64,000 nucleotides of DNA from Prevotella sp. Its GTDB lineage: Bacteria; Bacteroidota; Bacteroidia; Bacteroidales; Dysgonomonadaceae. The notes beneath the pieces are model-generated. The model saw only the letters and a program-made list of their open reading frames with translations. It was not told where the DNA came from and searched no databases. The DNA is taken from assembly GCA_031285625.1 (NCBI GenBank), contig JAITVV010000043.1, positions 1-64,000 of the forward strand, read 5' to 3'. The position numbers and the translations under genes were made by a program. This document shows, piece after piece, positions 53,249-62,786 of this stretch; the stretch's first letter is position 1, and every line of letters begins with the position of its first letter.

Positions 53249-53318
53249 TGTCATTCTGAACGAAGTAAAGAATCTCATGGTTAATAAGACACGAGATGCT
53301 TCGTTCCTCAACATGACA
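53249..53318. repeat. REP-like palindrome family 1 (core only) downstream of argC
   Basis: TGTCATTCTGAACGAAGTAAAGAATCTC...GAGATGCTTCGTTCCTCAACATGACA. Confidence 0.78.
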
Positions 53319-53340
53319 AAAAAACATACACAATACTACT

Positions 53341-54309
53341 CTAAAAAGCTGATGCCTTCAATTTTAACCCTACAGTCTCTTCCAGACCAAAGATCAGGTT
53401 CATATTATGAACAGCCTGACCGGAAGCACCTTTCACTAAGTTATCTATACATGAGAGAATGAGAAACTTATTACCATGCTTTTCGAGATGCAAAACACAC
53501 TTATTAGTATTTACTACCTGCTTCAGATCAATATTCTTATCTGAAACAATAACAAATGGACTATCTTTATAAAAGTCTTTATATATTCTTTCAGCATCTT
53601 CTATCGTCCCATCATAGTTAAGATACGTAGAAACAAAAATACCTCTGGTAAAATTTCCGCGTACAGGTATAAAATTAATTTCGGATGCGAAATTTGCCTG
53701 TAATTGGGTCAATGACTCACCTATCTCTTGCAGATGCTGATGTTCGAAAGCTTTATATACCGATATATTATTTTCACGCCAACTAAAATGAGATGTTGCG
53801 GAAGGCTTCACTCCTGCCCCTGTAGATCCGGTAATAGCATTTACATGAATTTCTGTATTCAGCAATCCTGCATTGGCCAATGGTAATAGGCCTAACTGTA
53901 TAGCTGTAGCAAAACAACCCGGATTAGCAATATAAGAAGTATTTTTTATTTTCTCTTTGTTTAGTTCAGGCAGTCCATATACAAATTTATTACCCTCTGC
54001 TTTGTGGCGATAATCTGTAGACAGGTCAATTATTTTCAAGTGACCAGGTATCTGGTTTGCTTCCAGAAACTTTTTAGTATCTCCATGAGCCGTACAAAAG
54101 AACAGAACATCAATCTTCTCGTAAGGTAACTGATCTGTAAAAGACATATCTGTCTCGCCCAAAAGTCCTCCATGAACGTCTGTTAACTTATTTCCCGCAT
54201 TACTGGTACTGTTTACAAATACCAGTTCCACTTGTGGATGGTTGAGTAAGATTCTTATCAGTTCTCCCGCCGTGTAGCCTGCGCCACCTATTATTCCTGC
54301 TTTTATCAT
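53341..54309 (-). CDS. argC: N-acetyl-gamma-glutamyl-phosphate reductase
   Basis: IIGGAGYTAGEL, YGLPE, IANPGCFAT, IDNLVKGASGQA. Confidence 0.96.
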   Translation of the reverse strand: MIKAGIIGGAGYTAGELIRILLNHPQVELVFVNSTSNAGNKLTDVHGGLLGETDMSFTDQLPYEKIDVLFFCTAHGDTKKFLEANQIPGHLKIIDLSTDYRHKAEGNKFVYGLPELNKEKIKNTSYIANPGCFATAIQLGLLPLANAGLLNTEIHVNAITGSTGAGVKPSATSHFSWRENNISVYKAFEHQHLQEIGESLTQLQANFASEINFIPVRGNFTRGIFVSTYLNYDGTIEDAERIYKDFYKDSPFVIVSDKNIDLKQVVNTNKCVLHLEKHGNKFLILSCIDNLVKGASGQAVHNMNLIFGLEETVGLKLKASAF

Positions 54310-54325
54310 TACAATATATTTATTG

Positions 54326-54764
54326 AAACACAGAGTAAGAAGAGTAGAAAAGAGTTTATATTGAATATCTTTTTATTCCGTCTCTCAATGATTTCACATT
54401 AAAATTAATCAAATATCCGATTTTACATCTGGAAAGTTTTAGATATGTAAATAATTGCGCTATATGAAGCGGATGTAGTTCTGCTACTGCTTTCAATTCA
54501 AGAATAACCTTGTTCTCTACTAATAAATCTACCCTGTATCCAGCTTCGATTTCGATACCTTTGTATTCAATAGGCATTTCTTCTTGGCGTGTCACGCGTA
54601 AACCACTTTCTGCTATTTCATAGAAAAGACATTCTTCATATACTCTCTCAAGTAATCCCGGTCCAAGAGCAGAATGTACATCATATGCGCATCTTAATAT
54701 TTCTCCTGTTAATTTTTGCTCTTCAAACATAAAAACTCTTTTCTACTCTTTTTACTCTGTGTTT
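54326..54764. mobile_element. IR-bounded GxxExxY cassette inserted between argG and argC
   Basis: AAACACAGAGTAAGAAGAGTAGAAAAGAGTTT (54326-54357) and its reverse complement (54733-54764), 31/32 identical. Confidence 0.7.
54356..54730 (-). CDS. GxxExxY protein (PD-(D/E)xK nuclease superfamily)
   Basis: LGPGLLERVYEECL, YRVDLLVE..VILELKA, QLFTYL..GYLINF. Confidence 0.93.
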   Translation of the reverse strand: MFEEQKLTGEILRCAYDVHSALGPGLLERVYEECLFYEIAESGLRVTRQEEMPIEYKGIEIEAGYRVDLLVENKVILELKAVAELHPLHIAQLFTYLKLSRCKIGYLINFNVKSLRDGIKRYSI

Positions 54765-54774
54765 AATACAATTA

Positions 54775-55974
54775 TTACTTTCCGTTTTTCTTCTGTACAC
54801 TATGATATATCTTATTAGTCATAGCATATATCTTGGTAAACCCTTTTGCATCATCCGATGTCCATGCTTTGTTCATTTCACCATATTCACCAAAATCGGC
54901 TTTCATCAGGTCAAATTCACTTTCTATGCCCACAAGTGTATAATGATATGGTTTCAGTTCAACAATAACCTTTCCTGTTACATTTCGTTGCGAACTGTCA
55001 AGCATAGCTTCGATATCACGCATTACAGGCTCAAGATACTGAGCTTCATGCAAAAACATGCCATACCAGTTACCCACCTGATCTTTCCAGTATTGCTGCC
55101 ATTTAGTAAGCGTATGTTTTTCCAGCATCTTATGCGCGTTAATAATTACAAGCGGAGCAGCTGCTTCAAAACCTACACGACCTTTTATTCCTATAATAGT
55201 ATCACCTATATGCATATCACGACCTATAGCATAAGCCGATGCTATTTCTTCTATTTTTTGTATAGCTTTTACTTTATCTGTATATTTTTCGCCATTTACC
55301 GCTGAGATTTCTCCTTCCTTAAAATCAATAGTCAACGTTTCTGAGCCTTGTTTCTTCAGTTGGGAAGGGTATGCATCCTCGGGTAAGGTCTGATCCGACT
55401 TCAATGTTTCTTTTCCGCCGATACTTGTTCCCCAAAGACCTTTATTAATAGAATACTCCATCTTTGTGAAATCGGCTTCATAGCCATGTTCTTTCAGGTA
55501 ATTGATTTCGTATTCACGGGTAAGTAGCATATCACGTGTAGGGGTGATAATCTCAATACCGGGAGCAAGCACATCGAAAGTAAGGTCGAAACGCACCTGA
55601 TCGTTGCCAGCACCTGTACTGCCATGAGCTACCGCATCAGCACCAATTTCCTTTGCATAATTAATAATAGCGATTGCCTGAAAAATACGTTCGGAGCTTA
55701 CAGATATAGGGTATGTACCATTACGCAATACATTACCAAAGATCATGTATTTTATACTCTTCTCATAATATTCTTGCGTAATATCAAGACTAACATGCTT
55801 TACTGCACCTAATTTATAAGCCTTTTCTTCAACAACTTTCAGTTCTTCGGGCGAAAAGCCTCCGGTGTTAGCTATTGCCGTGTAAACCTCATAACCAAGA
55901 TCAGCTGATAAATATTTGGCACAAAAAGATGTATCTAATCCTCCACTGAATGCTAAAACGACTTTCTTTTTCAT
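54775..55974 (-). CDS. argG: argininosuccinate synthase
   Basis: VVLAFSGGLDTS, AHGSTGAGNDQVRF. Confidence 0.96.
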   Translation of the reverse strand: MKKKVVLAFSGGLDTSFCAKYLSADLGYEVYTAIANTGGFSPEELKVVEEKAYKLGAVKHVSLDITQEYYEKSIKYMIFGNVLRNGTYPISVSSERIFQAIAIINYAKEIGADAVAHGSTGAGNDQVRFDLTFDVLAPGIEIITPTRDMLLTREYEINYLKEHGYEADFTKMEYSINKGLWGTSIGGKETLKSDQTLPEDAYPSQLKKQGSETLTIDFKEGEISAVNGEKYTDKVKAIQKIEEIASAYAIGRDMHIGDTIIGIKGRVGFEAAAPLVIINAHKMLEKHTLTKWQQYWKDQVGNWYGMFLHEAQYLEPVMRDIEAMLDSSQRNVTGKVIVELKPYHYTLVGIESEFDLMKADFGEYGEMNKAWTSDDAKGFTKIYAMTNKIYHSVQKKNGK

Positions 55975-56069
55975 TTCTTCAATTGCTTTTGGGTCTCAGA
56001 CCCTTTTATTTTCTATATTGATATTCTAAAGTAACTGTTAGGAATTTTATAATAACTTATATTCTGCAT

Positions 56070-56702
56070 TTAAAGCTTACCTTTTTCAATCTTCTTTATT
56101 ATTGCTTTTACTTCTTTCTTATCCTTTTGTTTTTCAGGATCGAAAAGCATGGCCGTGCATATACAGTATTTTCTCTCGGTACGGGTAAGCACATCATAAT
56201 TCACACACCCCTGACAACCTCGCCAAAATGCCTCATCATCAGTCAACTGTGCAAATGACACCGGTACATAACCAAGTTCTGTATTTATTTTCATTACAGC
56301 AGCTCCCGATGTTAACCCAAATACTTTTGCTTCAGGAAACATGGCTCTGGCCAGAGAAAAAGCATGTTGCTTGATCTTTTTAGCCAAACCGTGTTGTCTA
56401 AATTTCTCAACTACAATAAGTCCTGAGTTTGCAACATATTGCTTGTTACCCCAGGATTCGATATAGCAAAAACCGGCAAATTCATCTCCCATAAGAGCGA
56501 TAATAGCTTTTCCTTCCTTAATCTTGAGTTCAAGATATTCGGGCGAACGTTTTGCAATACCTGTACCGCGAACTTTTGCCGCAGCTTCTATTGTATCCAA
56601 TATGGTCTGCACATAGCTAAGATGCTGCTCTCCTGCTATCTGTATAGTGAGTTGTTGTTGCTCCATGGGTTTTTCTACCACTAGTTCTTCTACGTTGTTC
56701 AT
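56070..56702 (-). CDS. GNAT acetyltransferase, probable Bacteroidetes-type N-acetylglutamate synthase
   Basis: AKVRGTGIAKRSP, FCYIESW, VANSGLIV, FWRGCQGC..CICTAM; between argR and argG. Confidence 0.85.
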   Translation of the reverse strand: MNNVEELVVEKPMEQQQLTIQIAGEQHLSYVQTILDTIEAAAKVRGTGIAKRSPEYLELKIKEGKAIIALMGDEFAGFCYIESWGNKQYVANSGLIVVEKFRQHGLAKKIKQHAFSLARAMFPEAKVFGLTSGAAVMKINTELGYVPVSFAQLTDDEAFWRGCQGCVNYDVLTRTERKYCICTAMLFDPEKQKDKKEVKAIIKKIEKGKL

Positions 56703-56712
56703 TGTTATTGTT

Positions 56713-57168
56713 CTATTGAATATTGGGTATAAATGCAGATAATGAGTCAATAACTTCCTCTCTGCTTATATTTTCTCTTGGTATCAGCAAGATGGTATCA
56801 TCACCTGCTACTGTACCTAATATATATCCGGATGCCTTATTATCTATTTCACCTGCTATTGCCATTGCATAACCGGGACGAGTCTTCATTACGGCTAATT
56901 GGCCTGAAAACTCAATACTGACAAAACCGAAAGAAGATAAAGGATTTTCATCCTGAATAGTAGCTATATTTTCGGAGAACTGATAGATGTAACTTCCCTG
57001 TGATGTCGGCACTTTTACTATTTTCAGTTCCTTTATGTCACGCGACAGTGTAGCCTGAGTAAGCTCAAAGCCTCTTTCTATCAACATCTTAAGAAGCATA
57101 TCCTGACTATTTATTTCACTCGTCTGAAGCACTTCCTTTATTATTTTATGTCTGAATTTTTTAGTCAT
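56713..57168 (-). CDS. argR: arginine repressor
   Basis: TQATLSRDIKEL, KTRPG, GTVAGDDTIL; ATG at 57168. Confidence 0.95.
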   Translation of the reverse strand: MTKKFRHKIIKEVLQTSEINSQDMLLKMLIERGFELTQATLSRDIKELKIVKVPTSQGSYIYQFSENIATIQDENPLSSFGFVSIEFSGQLAVMKTRPGYAMAIAGEIDNKASGYILGTVAGDDTILLIPRENISREEVIDSLSAFIPNIQ

Positions 57169-57169
57169 A

Positions 57170-57208
57170 CACGTATAAATATGCAAAAACAATGCAAAAA
57201 TATACATT
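57170..57208. promoter_or_regulatory. tandem ARG boxes overlapping the argR promoter
   Basis: Cores TGCATATTTATACG (57172-57185) and TGTATATTTTTGCA (57193-57206) separated by 7 nt (canonical 18+3+18 layout); the second contains a TAttTTTG -7 element. Confidence 0.8.
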
Positions 57209-57249
57209 ATATTGCATATTTAAAAGTTTAGATATATAAAAATTACAAA

Positions 57250-57290
57250 ATAAAGGAGGAGACAACTCCCTTTATTGTCTCCTCCTTTAT
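57250..57290 (-). terminator. terminator after the GH3 gene
   Basis: 16-bp perfect stem ATAAAGGAGGAGACAA/TTGTCTCCTCCTTTAT. Confidence 0.88.
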
Positions 57291-57311
57291 GTACAGTTGA
57301 TTATTTGATAT

Positions 57312-59648
57312 CTATAAAGATAATTTTTCCTGTAATTTTATATTATCAGAAGAACTTCCCACCATAATTGTAAAGTCACCATTTGGCTCTACAATTTCAT
57401 TCATCTTTTTGTCTATAATAGAAAAGACAGTTTTATCCAGAATAAATCCAATCGTTTTTGTCTCTCCTTTTTTCAGGGTTACCCGCTCAAAAGATTTTAA
57501 TTGCATAATAGGTTGCACCGTGGAAGCCCTATTATTTCTGATATAAAGCTGAACCACCTCATCACCTTCAAAATCTCCTGTATTCTGAATCGTTACCGAA
57601 ACTTCAATTTTGTCATCTCCACGCCCCATAACTAAATCTTTATATTCAAAAGTTGTATAACTAAGTCCATAGCCAAAACTATATAATGGCTTACTTGACA
57701 TTTCCACATAGTCATGACTTGCCGGATTTCGTCTATTATAGTATACAGGTAACTGACCTACCGATTTAGCAACAGATATCGGCAAGCGACCTGCAGGATT
57801 ATATTCTCCAAATACTATATCGGCAATAGCATTACCACCTTCTTGTCCGGGGTACCACGCAGACAACAACGCATCGGCGTTTTCCGAGGCCCAGTTCATA
57901 TTTAGTGGACGACCTTGTATATATACAACTATAATTGGCGTTCCTGTAGCTTTCACAGCTTTTAATAACTCGAGTTGTTTACCCATAAGATCCAAAGAAG
58001 CCCGGTCAAAACCTTCTCCACTTTCCATATCACTAACACTATTTTCATCGGCCACAGCTGCACCGGTTTCAATATACTTTGTTTTAAAGTCGCGGGCACT
58101 TGAACCACCAACAACAATTATCGCAACATCAGCCTGTTTGGCTACCGTTACAGCTCTATCTATCTCAAGGTTCGTCGTGTCCCTGATCGCACAACCTTTT
58201 ACATATTCAACCTGTGACGAATTCAGCTTTGACCGTATACCATCCAACACCGTTTTAATGTTACTTTCATCTTGCGGTGCAGTATAATCGCCTAATTGGT
58301 TATAAATATTATCAGCATTAGGCCCAATCACTGCTATTTTTTTTATTTTACTTTTATCAAGAGGTAAAGTATTCTTTTTATTTTCGAGCAGTACAACCGA
58401 TTCTCTGGCTACTTGTCTTGCCAAAGTAATATTTTCAGCTGTCCTTACCTGAAGTTTAGCTCTACTTTCATCCACATATGGATTTTCAAATAATCCCATA
58501 TCAAACTTAAGTTTCAAAATCTTATAAACGGCAGAATCGATTAGTTCCTCTTTTACCAAACCTTTTTTCACAGCATCAGATAAATTAAAGAATGCATTCC
58601 CCCCAAGATCACAATCCAGTCCGGAAGAAAGTGCCAATATAGCAGCATCATGTATAGTAGAGACAACATGATGGCTACCTTTTAATCCCTCAACACTCCC
58701 CAGATCGGAAACAGTAAAACCTTTGAAACCCCATTCTTTACAAAGAACATCTTTCAACAGATAATCATTCGATGTACATGGTATTCCATCTACAGAATTA
58801 TAAGCAGTCATAACAGAAAGTGCCCCGGCTTGCACAGCCTTTTTGAAAGGTGGTAAGTAATTTTCTTTCAGATCACGCAACCCAACACTATTGCTATTTC
58901 CATTGTGTCCACCCTCGGGCACACCATAGGCAACGAAATGTTTCAATGTTGAAATCAGGCTATAAGGTTTCGACAAATCTCCATTACCAAAACCCGAAAC
59001 AAAAGCCTCTCCCATTCGTGATATTAGTATTGGATCTTCGCCATATGTTTCTTCCACTCTCGACCATCTTGGTTCCCTGGCAAGATCAAGCACCGGACCA
59101 TATCCGATATGAGAGCCCTGCAAACGCGCCTCTTGAGATATGGTAGAAGCCATCCGCCGGATAAGTTCGGGATTCCATGTTGCGGCTTGCCCTATTGCGG
59201 TAGGGAAAACGGTTGTGCCTATTGCCATATGTCCATGCGGGCATTCTTCGGCAATAAACACTGGGATACCCAAACGGGTATTTTCAATTATATACCGTTG
59301 TAAGGCATTTCCTGCTTTTGCGGCCAATTGGGGATTCAGTCCGTTTTCCAGTGTCTTTTTAGTCCATGGATCAGCCCTGAATGTAGCCCATAACATACCT
59401 ATATGCCTTTGTTGAACATATTCTTCGAATTTCTTCGAGTGCGTAACTTTATCCCCGCTTTTTTCATACATTTCCCATCCCAGAGGGCATAGCAACTGAC
59501 CAACCTTTTCCTCTAATGTCATATAGCTTATGAGATCGAGTGTTCTCTCACTGCTACTCAGATTCCGGTTTTTATATCTATACTCTTGTTGGGCATTAAC
59601 TGCCTGAAATAACAATAATGCAAGAATGCTTAGTGTAATATGTTTCAT
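57312..59648 (-). CDS. GH3 beta-glucosidase/xylosidase
   Basis: RLGIP..EECPHG, REPRWSRVEETYGED, KHF, VSD, ESGEGFDR, Fn3-like C-terminus. Confidence 0.95.
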   Translation of the reverse strand: MKHITLSILALLLFQAVNAQQEYRYKNRNLSSSERTLDLISYMTLEEKVGQLLCPLGWEMYEKSGDKVTHSKKFEEYVQQRHIGMLWATFRADPWTKKTLENGLNPQLAAKAGNALQRYIIENTRLGIPVFIAEECPHGHMAIGTTVFPTAIGQAATWNPELIRRMASTISQEARLQGSHIGYGPVLDLAREPRWSRVEETYGEDPILISRMGEAFVSGFGNGDLSKPYSLISTLKHFVAYGVPEGGHNGNSNSVGLRDLKENYLPPFKKAVQAGALSVMTAYNSVDGIPCTSNDYLLKDVLCKEWGFKGFTVSDLGSVEGLKGSHHVVSTIHDAAILALSSGLDCDLGGNAFFNLSDAVKKGLVKEELIDSAVYKILKLKFDMGLFENPYVDESRAKLQVRTAENITLARQVARESVVLLENKKNTLPLDKSKIKKIAVIGPNADNIYNQLGDYTAPQDESNIKTVLDGIRSKLNSSQVEYVKGCAIRDTTNLEIDRAVTVAKQADVAIIVVGGSSARDFKTKYIETGAAVADENSVSDMESGEGFDRASLDLMGKQLELLKAVKATGTPIIVVYIQGRPLNMNWASENADALLSAWYPGQEGGNAIADIVFGEYNPAGRLPISVAKSVGQLPVYYNRRNPASHDYVEMSSKPLYSFGYGLSYTTFEYKDLVMGRGDDKIEVSVTIQNTGDFEGDEVVQLYIRNNRASTVQPIMQLKSFERVTLKKGETKTIGFILDKTVFSIIDKKMNEIVEPNGDFTIMVGSSSDNIKLQEKLSL

Positions 59649-59650
59649 TT

Positions 59651-60382
59651 TTATAGTATATATTTAATTTCTTTGAAGGCGAAGCGCTTTATTTTATTTT
59701 CTTTTGTTCTTAAAACAAGTAATCCTGAAGGTTCTATATCATCTATTTGGGCAAGAAACTGTGATTTACCATCATTATACAAATGATATCCTTCTTTTCT
59801 GAAAAGAGATTCCTTGTATCTATTTACAATGAATTGGACATTACCATCTTTTATTAGTTGGTAATAGTTACGAATATTATAAATGACTTCTCTGAGAATA
59901 TTTTCAATATTATATTCTTCCCTCGTGATTTGTTTTAATGAAACCGGATTTGGAGCATTACTCCAAAATTTCTCCTGATTGATATTAATACCTATTCCTG
60001 CTACCGACTGGCCAATCCTATCTTCTATTATAGTATTTTCCAACAAGATTCCACAAATCTTTTTCTCCTGCCAATAGATATCATTAGGCCATTTTATTGA
60101 GATATTTTCTGCATAATTTTTCAGACAATCAGCAACAGCAAGTGAAACAATCTGTGAAAGAATGAATTGTTTCTCAGCACTAATAGTATCTGGATAGAAT
60201 ACTATACTGAAAAGAAGATTTTTTTGGTTTTCAGATTCCCATCCATTTCCCCGTTGTCCTTTTCCTGCCAATTGGAAATCGGACCAAACTACAGTACCTT
60301 CTTCAACATTTTGTTTTATCAGAAGTTCCTTCAGATAATTATTCGTTGAATCAGTTTCTTTTATATGGATTATTGCTGACAC
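59651..60382 (-). CDS. birA: biotin--[acetyl-CoA carboxylase] ligase (no HTH)
   Basis: TDSTN, GKGQRGNGW, IKWPND, KICGILLE, GIGININ. Confidence 0.93.
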   Translation of the reverse strand: MSAIIHIKETDSTNNYLKELLIKQNVEEGTVVWSDFQLAGKGQRGNGWESENQKNLLFSIVFYPDTISAEKQFILSQIVSLAVADCLKNYAENISIKWPNDIYWQEKKICGILLENTIIEDRIGQSVAGIGININQEKFWSNAPNPVSLKQITREEYNIENILREVIYNIRNYYQLIKDGNVQFIVNRYKESLFRKEGYHLYNDGKSQFLAQIDDIEPSGLLVLRTKENKIKRFAFKEIKYIL

Positions 60383-60385
60383 CTG

Positions 60386-60757
60386 TTAGCTGTTTGGCAG
60401 ATTTTTATATTCAGTTTGTTTTACCTTTGGCAACTTCTTTATAACCTCATCTACCGAGTGCTGAATGAGTTCTTTAATAAGATTATCAGGGACATCGCTC
60501 TCCAACACAATGGTATTCCAATATTTCTTATTGGAATGATATCCAGGCAACACACCAGTGTACAGTTCGCGCAATTCGATTGCTTTTTCGGGATCACATT
60601 TCATATTTAGCCAGAACTCTCCATCTTTGGATTCCAGTCCCATATATGCAAACATTTTATCCATCACTTTATAAACCAATGTATCATCTCCGAATGGAAA
60701 TGACTCTGTTGCTCCTTTTATGGAGATGCAAGCTTCACGTGCTTCTTCTATATTCAT
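60386..60757 (-). CDS. MmcQ/YjbR family protein
   Basis: FPFGDDTLVYKV..KMFA, KCDPE, PGYHSNKKYWN. Confidence 0.92.
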   Translation of the reverse strand: MNIEEAREACISIKGATESFPFGDDTLVYKVMDKMFAYMGLESKDGEFWLNMKCDPEKAIELRELYTGVLPGYHSNKKYWNTIVLESDVPDNLIKELIQHSVDEVIKKLPKVKQTEYKNLPNS

Positions 60758-60774
60758 AATATTCCGGGTTATTT

Positions 60775-61140
60775 CTAATTTACAGGCGCTAAAAATGCAT
60801 CATCAATATGATCTATCTCAAAGCCTTTTCCATTCCAGATTGCTGCAACAACATCAAAACGGGCAGGCAACTCAATATCATACTCTTTTAAATAAAAATC
60901 TGCAGTCTCTACTATTCGTCTGATTTTTCCTTTTGATACCGCTTCTTCCGGATTTCCCCAATAATTGGAACTTCTTGTTTTTACTTCTGCAAAAACAATA
61001 AATTCTTCATTGCGGGCAATAATATCTATTTCGTATTTCTCATTAGTCCAGTTCCTCTGAATAATCTCATAACCATTCTGCTGAAAATAATTTACAGCTG
61101 CATCTTCTCCTTTTCTACCTAAATCATTATGTTCAGCCAT
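60775..61140 (-). CDS. yraN: YraN (UPF0102) family protein
   Basis: LGRKGE, EIDIIA, FAEVKTR, RFDV. Confidence 0.92.
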   Translation of the reverse strand: MAEHNDLGRKGEDAAVNYFQQNGYEIIQRNWTNEKYEIDIIARNEEFIVFAEVKTRSSNYWGNPEEAVSKGKIRRIVETADFYLKEYDIELPARFDVVAAIWNGKGFEIDHIDDAFLAPVN

Positions 61141-61151
61141 AAATACAGGAC

Positions 61152-61862
61152 TTAAGGATTTAAGACTTTTCTTACTTTATCATAAACAGGAACCAGATTA
61201 ACTGTATCTTCTGTCAGGCAATATTCTACTGAGTCTTGCAGATTATTTGCTTCCAAACGCTTGATATGTTCGGTACGATTAATATAACTACGGATATTAG
61301 GTAAGGCCTCCGCCCACACAGACAGAGCTACCTGTACAGCATCTGAGGCAACAGAGTAACCTCTTTCAATCAGTCTTGCAGCCAGCGCCCCTCCAAAAAG
61401 TGTATCCTCAATATTGAAACGATTATTCCATCCGGCGCAAAGTATCATTACATCTTTTTGTTTCTTAATACAAAAATCAGTTAATGCACTTATGTTAGAG
61501 AAAGCACCGATGGTAAGAATGTCTGCCCCGCTTGCAGCATCAATAGCCTGAGTACCGTTCGTGGTTGTGAATACAACTTCTTTACCTTCTATCTTTTCTT
61601 TTGTATAATCAAATGGAGAATTTCCAAAATCAGCGAAATCACACCGTTTCACATTCCGTTCTGCACCCACCAGATACCCTTTAGCTTTGTAAGCCTCAGC
61701 CTCCTCAATTGAAGCTACAGGAATAATACATTCAGCTCCATTATTCAAGGCAGCACACATAGTGGTAGTGGCTCTGAAAACATCTACGACCACAACTATA
61801 TAGTCATTACTGTCAGCATAATAAGGATATAAAGCGGGAGAAAAACAAATATCTACTTTCAT
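61152..61862 (-). CDS. comB: 2-phosphosulfolactate phosphatase family
   Basis: VDVFRATTT, GAER, FGNSP, TTTNGT, CAGW..ED. Confidence 0.9.
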   Translation of the reverse strand: MKVDICFSPALYPYYADSNDYIVVVVDVFRATTTMCAALNNGAECIIPVASIEEAEAYKAKGYLVGAERNVKRCDFADFGNSPFDYTKEKIEGKEVVFTTTNGTQAIDAASGADILTIGAFSNISALTDFCIKKQKDVMILCAGWNNRFNIEDTLFGGALAARLIERGYSVASDAVQVALSVWAEALPNIRSYINRTEHIKRLEANNLQDSVEYCLTEDTVNLVPVYDKVRKVLNP

Positions 61863-61864
61863 AT

Positions 61865-62659
61865 TTATAGTGCAGCTTTTATTCTCACCAGTTTTTCCAT
61901 CAGGCCTTCAAGCTGATCGAGCGGAAGCATATTAGCCCCATCAGATAATGCATTGGCTGGATCAAAGTGTGTCTCAATGAATAATCCATCTACACCTGTA
62001 GCTATGCCAGCCTTACACATTGTTTCTATCAGCTTGGGCTGTCCACCGGTAACACCTGATGCCTGATTTGGCTTTTGCAAACAATGAGTAGCATCCAAGA
62101 CTACCGGAAAACCAAATTCTTTCATTTCAGGTATTCCCCGAAAGTCAACCACAAGATCGGAATACCCGAATGATGTACCTCTGTCTGTTATAATAACATT
62201 ATTATTTCCTGAATCTACTACTTTCTGCGCGGCAAATTGCATTCCATTCGGCGCAAGAAACTGTCCTTTTTTGATATTTACGATCTTTCCAGTTTTAGCA
62301 GCAGCAATTAACAGATCCGTCTGACGACATAAAAATGCAGGAATTTGTAATACATCGACATATTCGGCTGCCATAAGGGCATCATGAGTTTCGTGTATGT
62401 CCGTCACTGTAGGGATACCAAATGTTTCGCCTACTTTACGAAGTATTTTCAATGCTTTTTCATCACCTATCCCTGTAAAGGAATCGACTCGTGAGCGATT
62501 TGCTTTCTTGTATGAACCCTTAAAAACATAAGGAATATTTAATCTATCGGTGATAGTCTTAACTTTTTCGGCAATACGAAGTGCCATCTCTTCCCCCTCT
62601 ATAACACAAGGTCCCGCAAGCAAGAAGAAATTATCATTTTTCAAGTCTGTTATATTCAT
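61865..62659 (-). CDS. kdsA: KDO8P synthase
   Basis: AGPCVIE, KANRS, QIPAFLCRQTDL, NIKKGQF, DATH. Confidence 0.96.
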   Translation of the reverse strand: MNITDLKNDNFFLLAGPCVIEGEEMALRIAEKVKTITDRLNIPYVFKGSYKKANRSRVDSFTGIGDEKALKILRKVGETFGIPTVTDIHETHDALMAAEYVDVLQIPAFLCRQTDLLIAAAKTGKIVNIKKGQFLAPNGMQFAAQKVVDSGNNNVIITDRGTSFGYSDLVVDFRGIPEMKEFGFPVVLDATHCLQKPNQASGVTGGQPKLIETMCKAGIATGVDGLFIETHFDPANALSDGANMLPLDQLEGLMEKLVRIKAAL

Positions 62660-62733
62660 TTCAATTATATATTTTACTTACTATTCTTCAAAGATACAAA
62701 TATTGAGCCATAGTGAGATGAACAGAATAATAT

Positions 62734-62778
62734 TTACAATAAAAAAACCGACTAAATTAGCCGGCTTTTTTATTGTAA
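62734..62778 (-). terminator. terminator after the last gene
   Basis: TTACAATAAAAAAACCG/CGGCTTTTTTATTGTAA imperfect hairpin with T-runs. Confidence 0.7.
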
Positions 62779-62786
62779 GGTTTCTC

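Noticed and set aside
53277-53462. 61-aa ORF overlapping the REP-like element and argC end
   Set aside because: Derived from repeat sequence and antisense argC
55987-56008. Small hairpin GGGTCT-C-AGACCC before argG
   Set aside because: Short stem with a very small loop, followed by A's rather than U's on the coding strand; cannot be called a terminator
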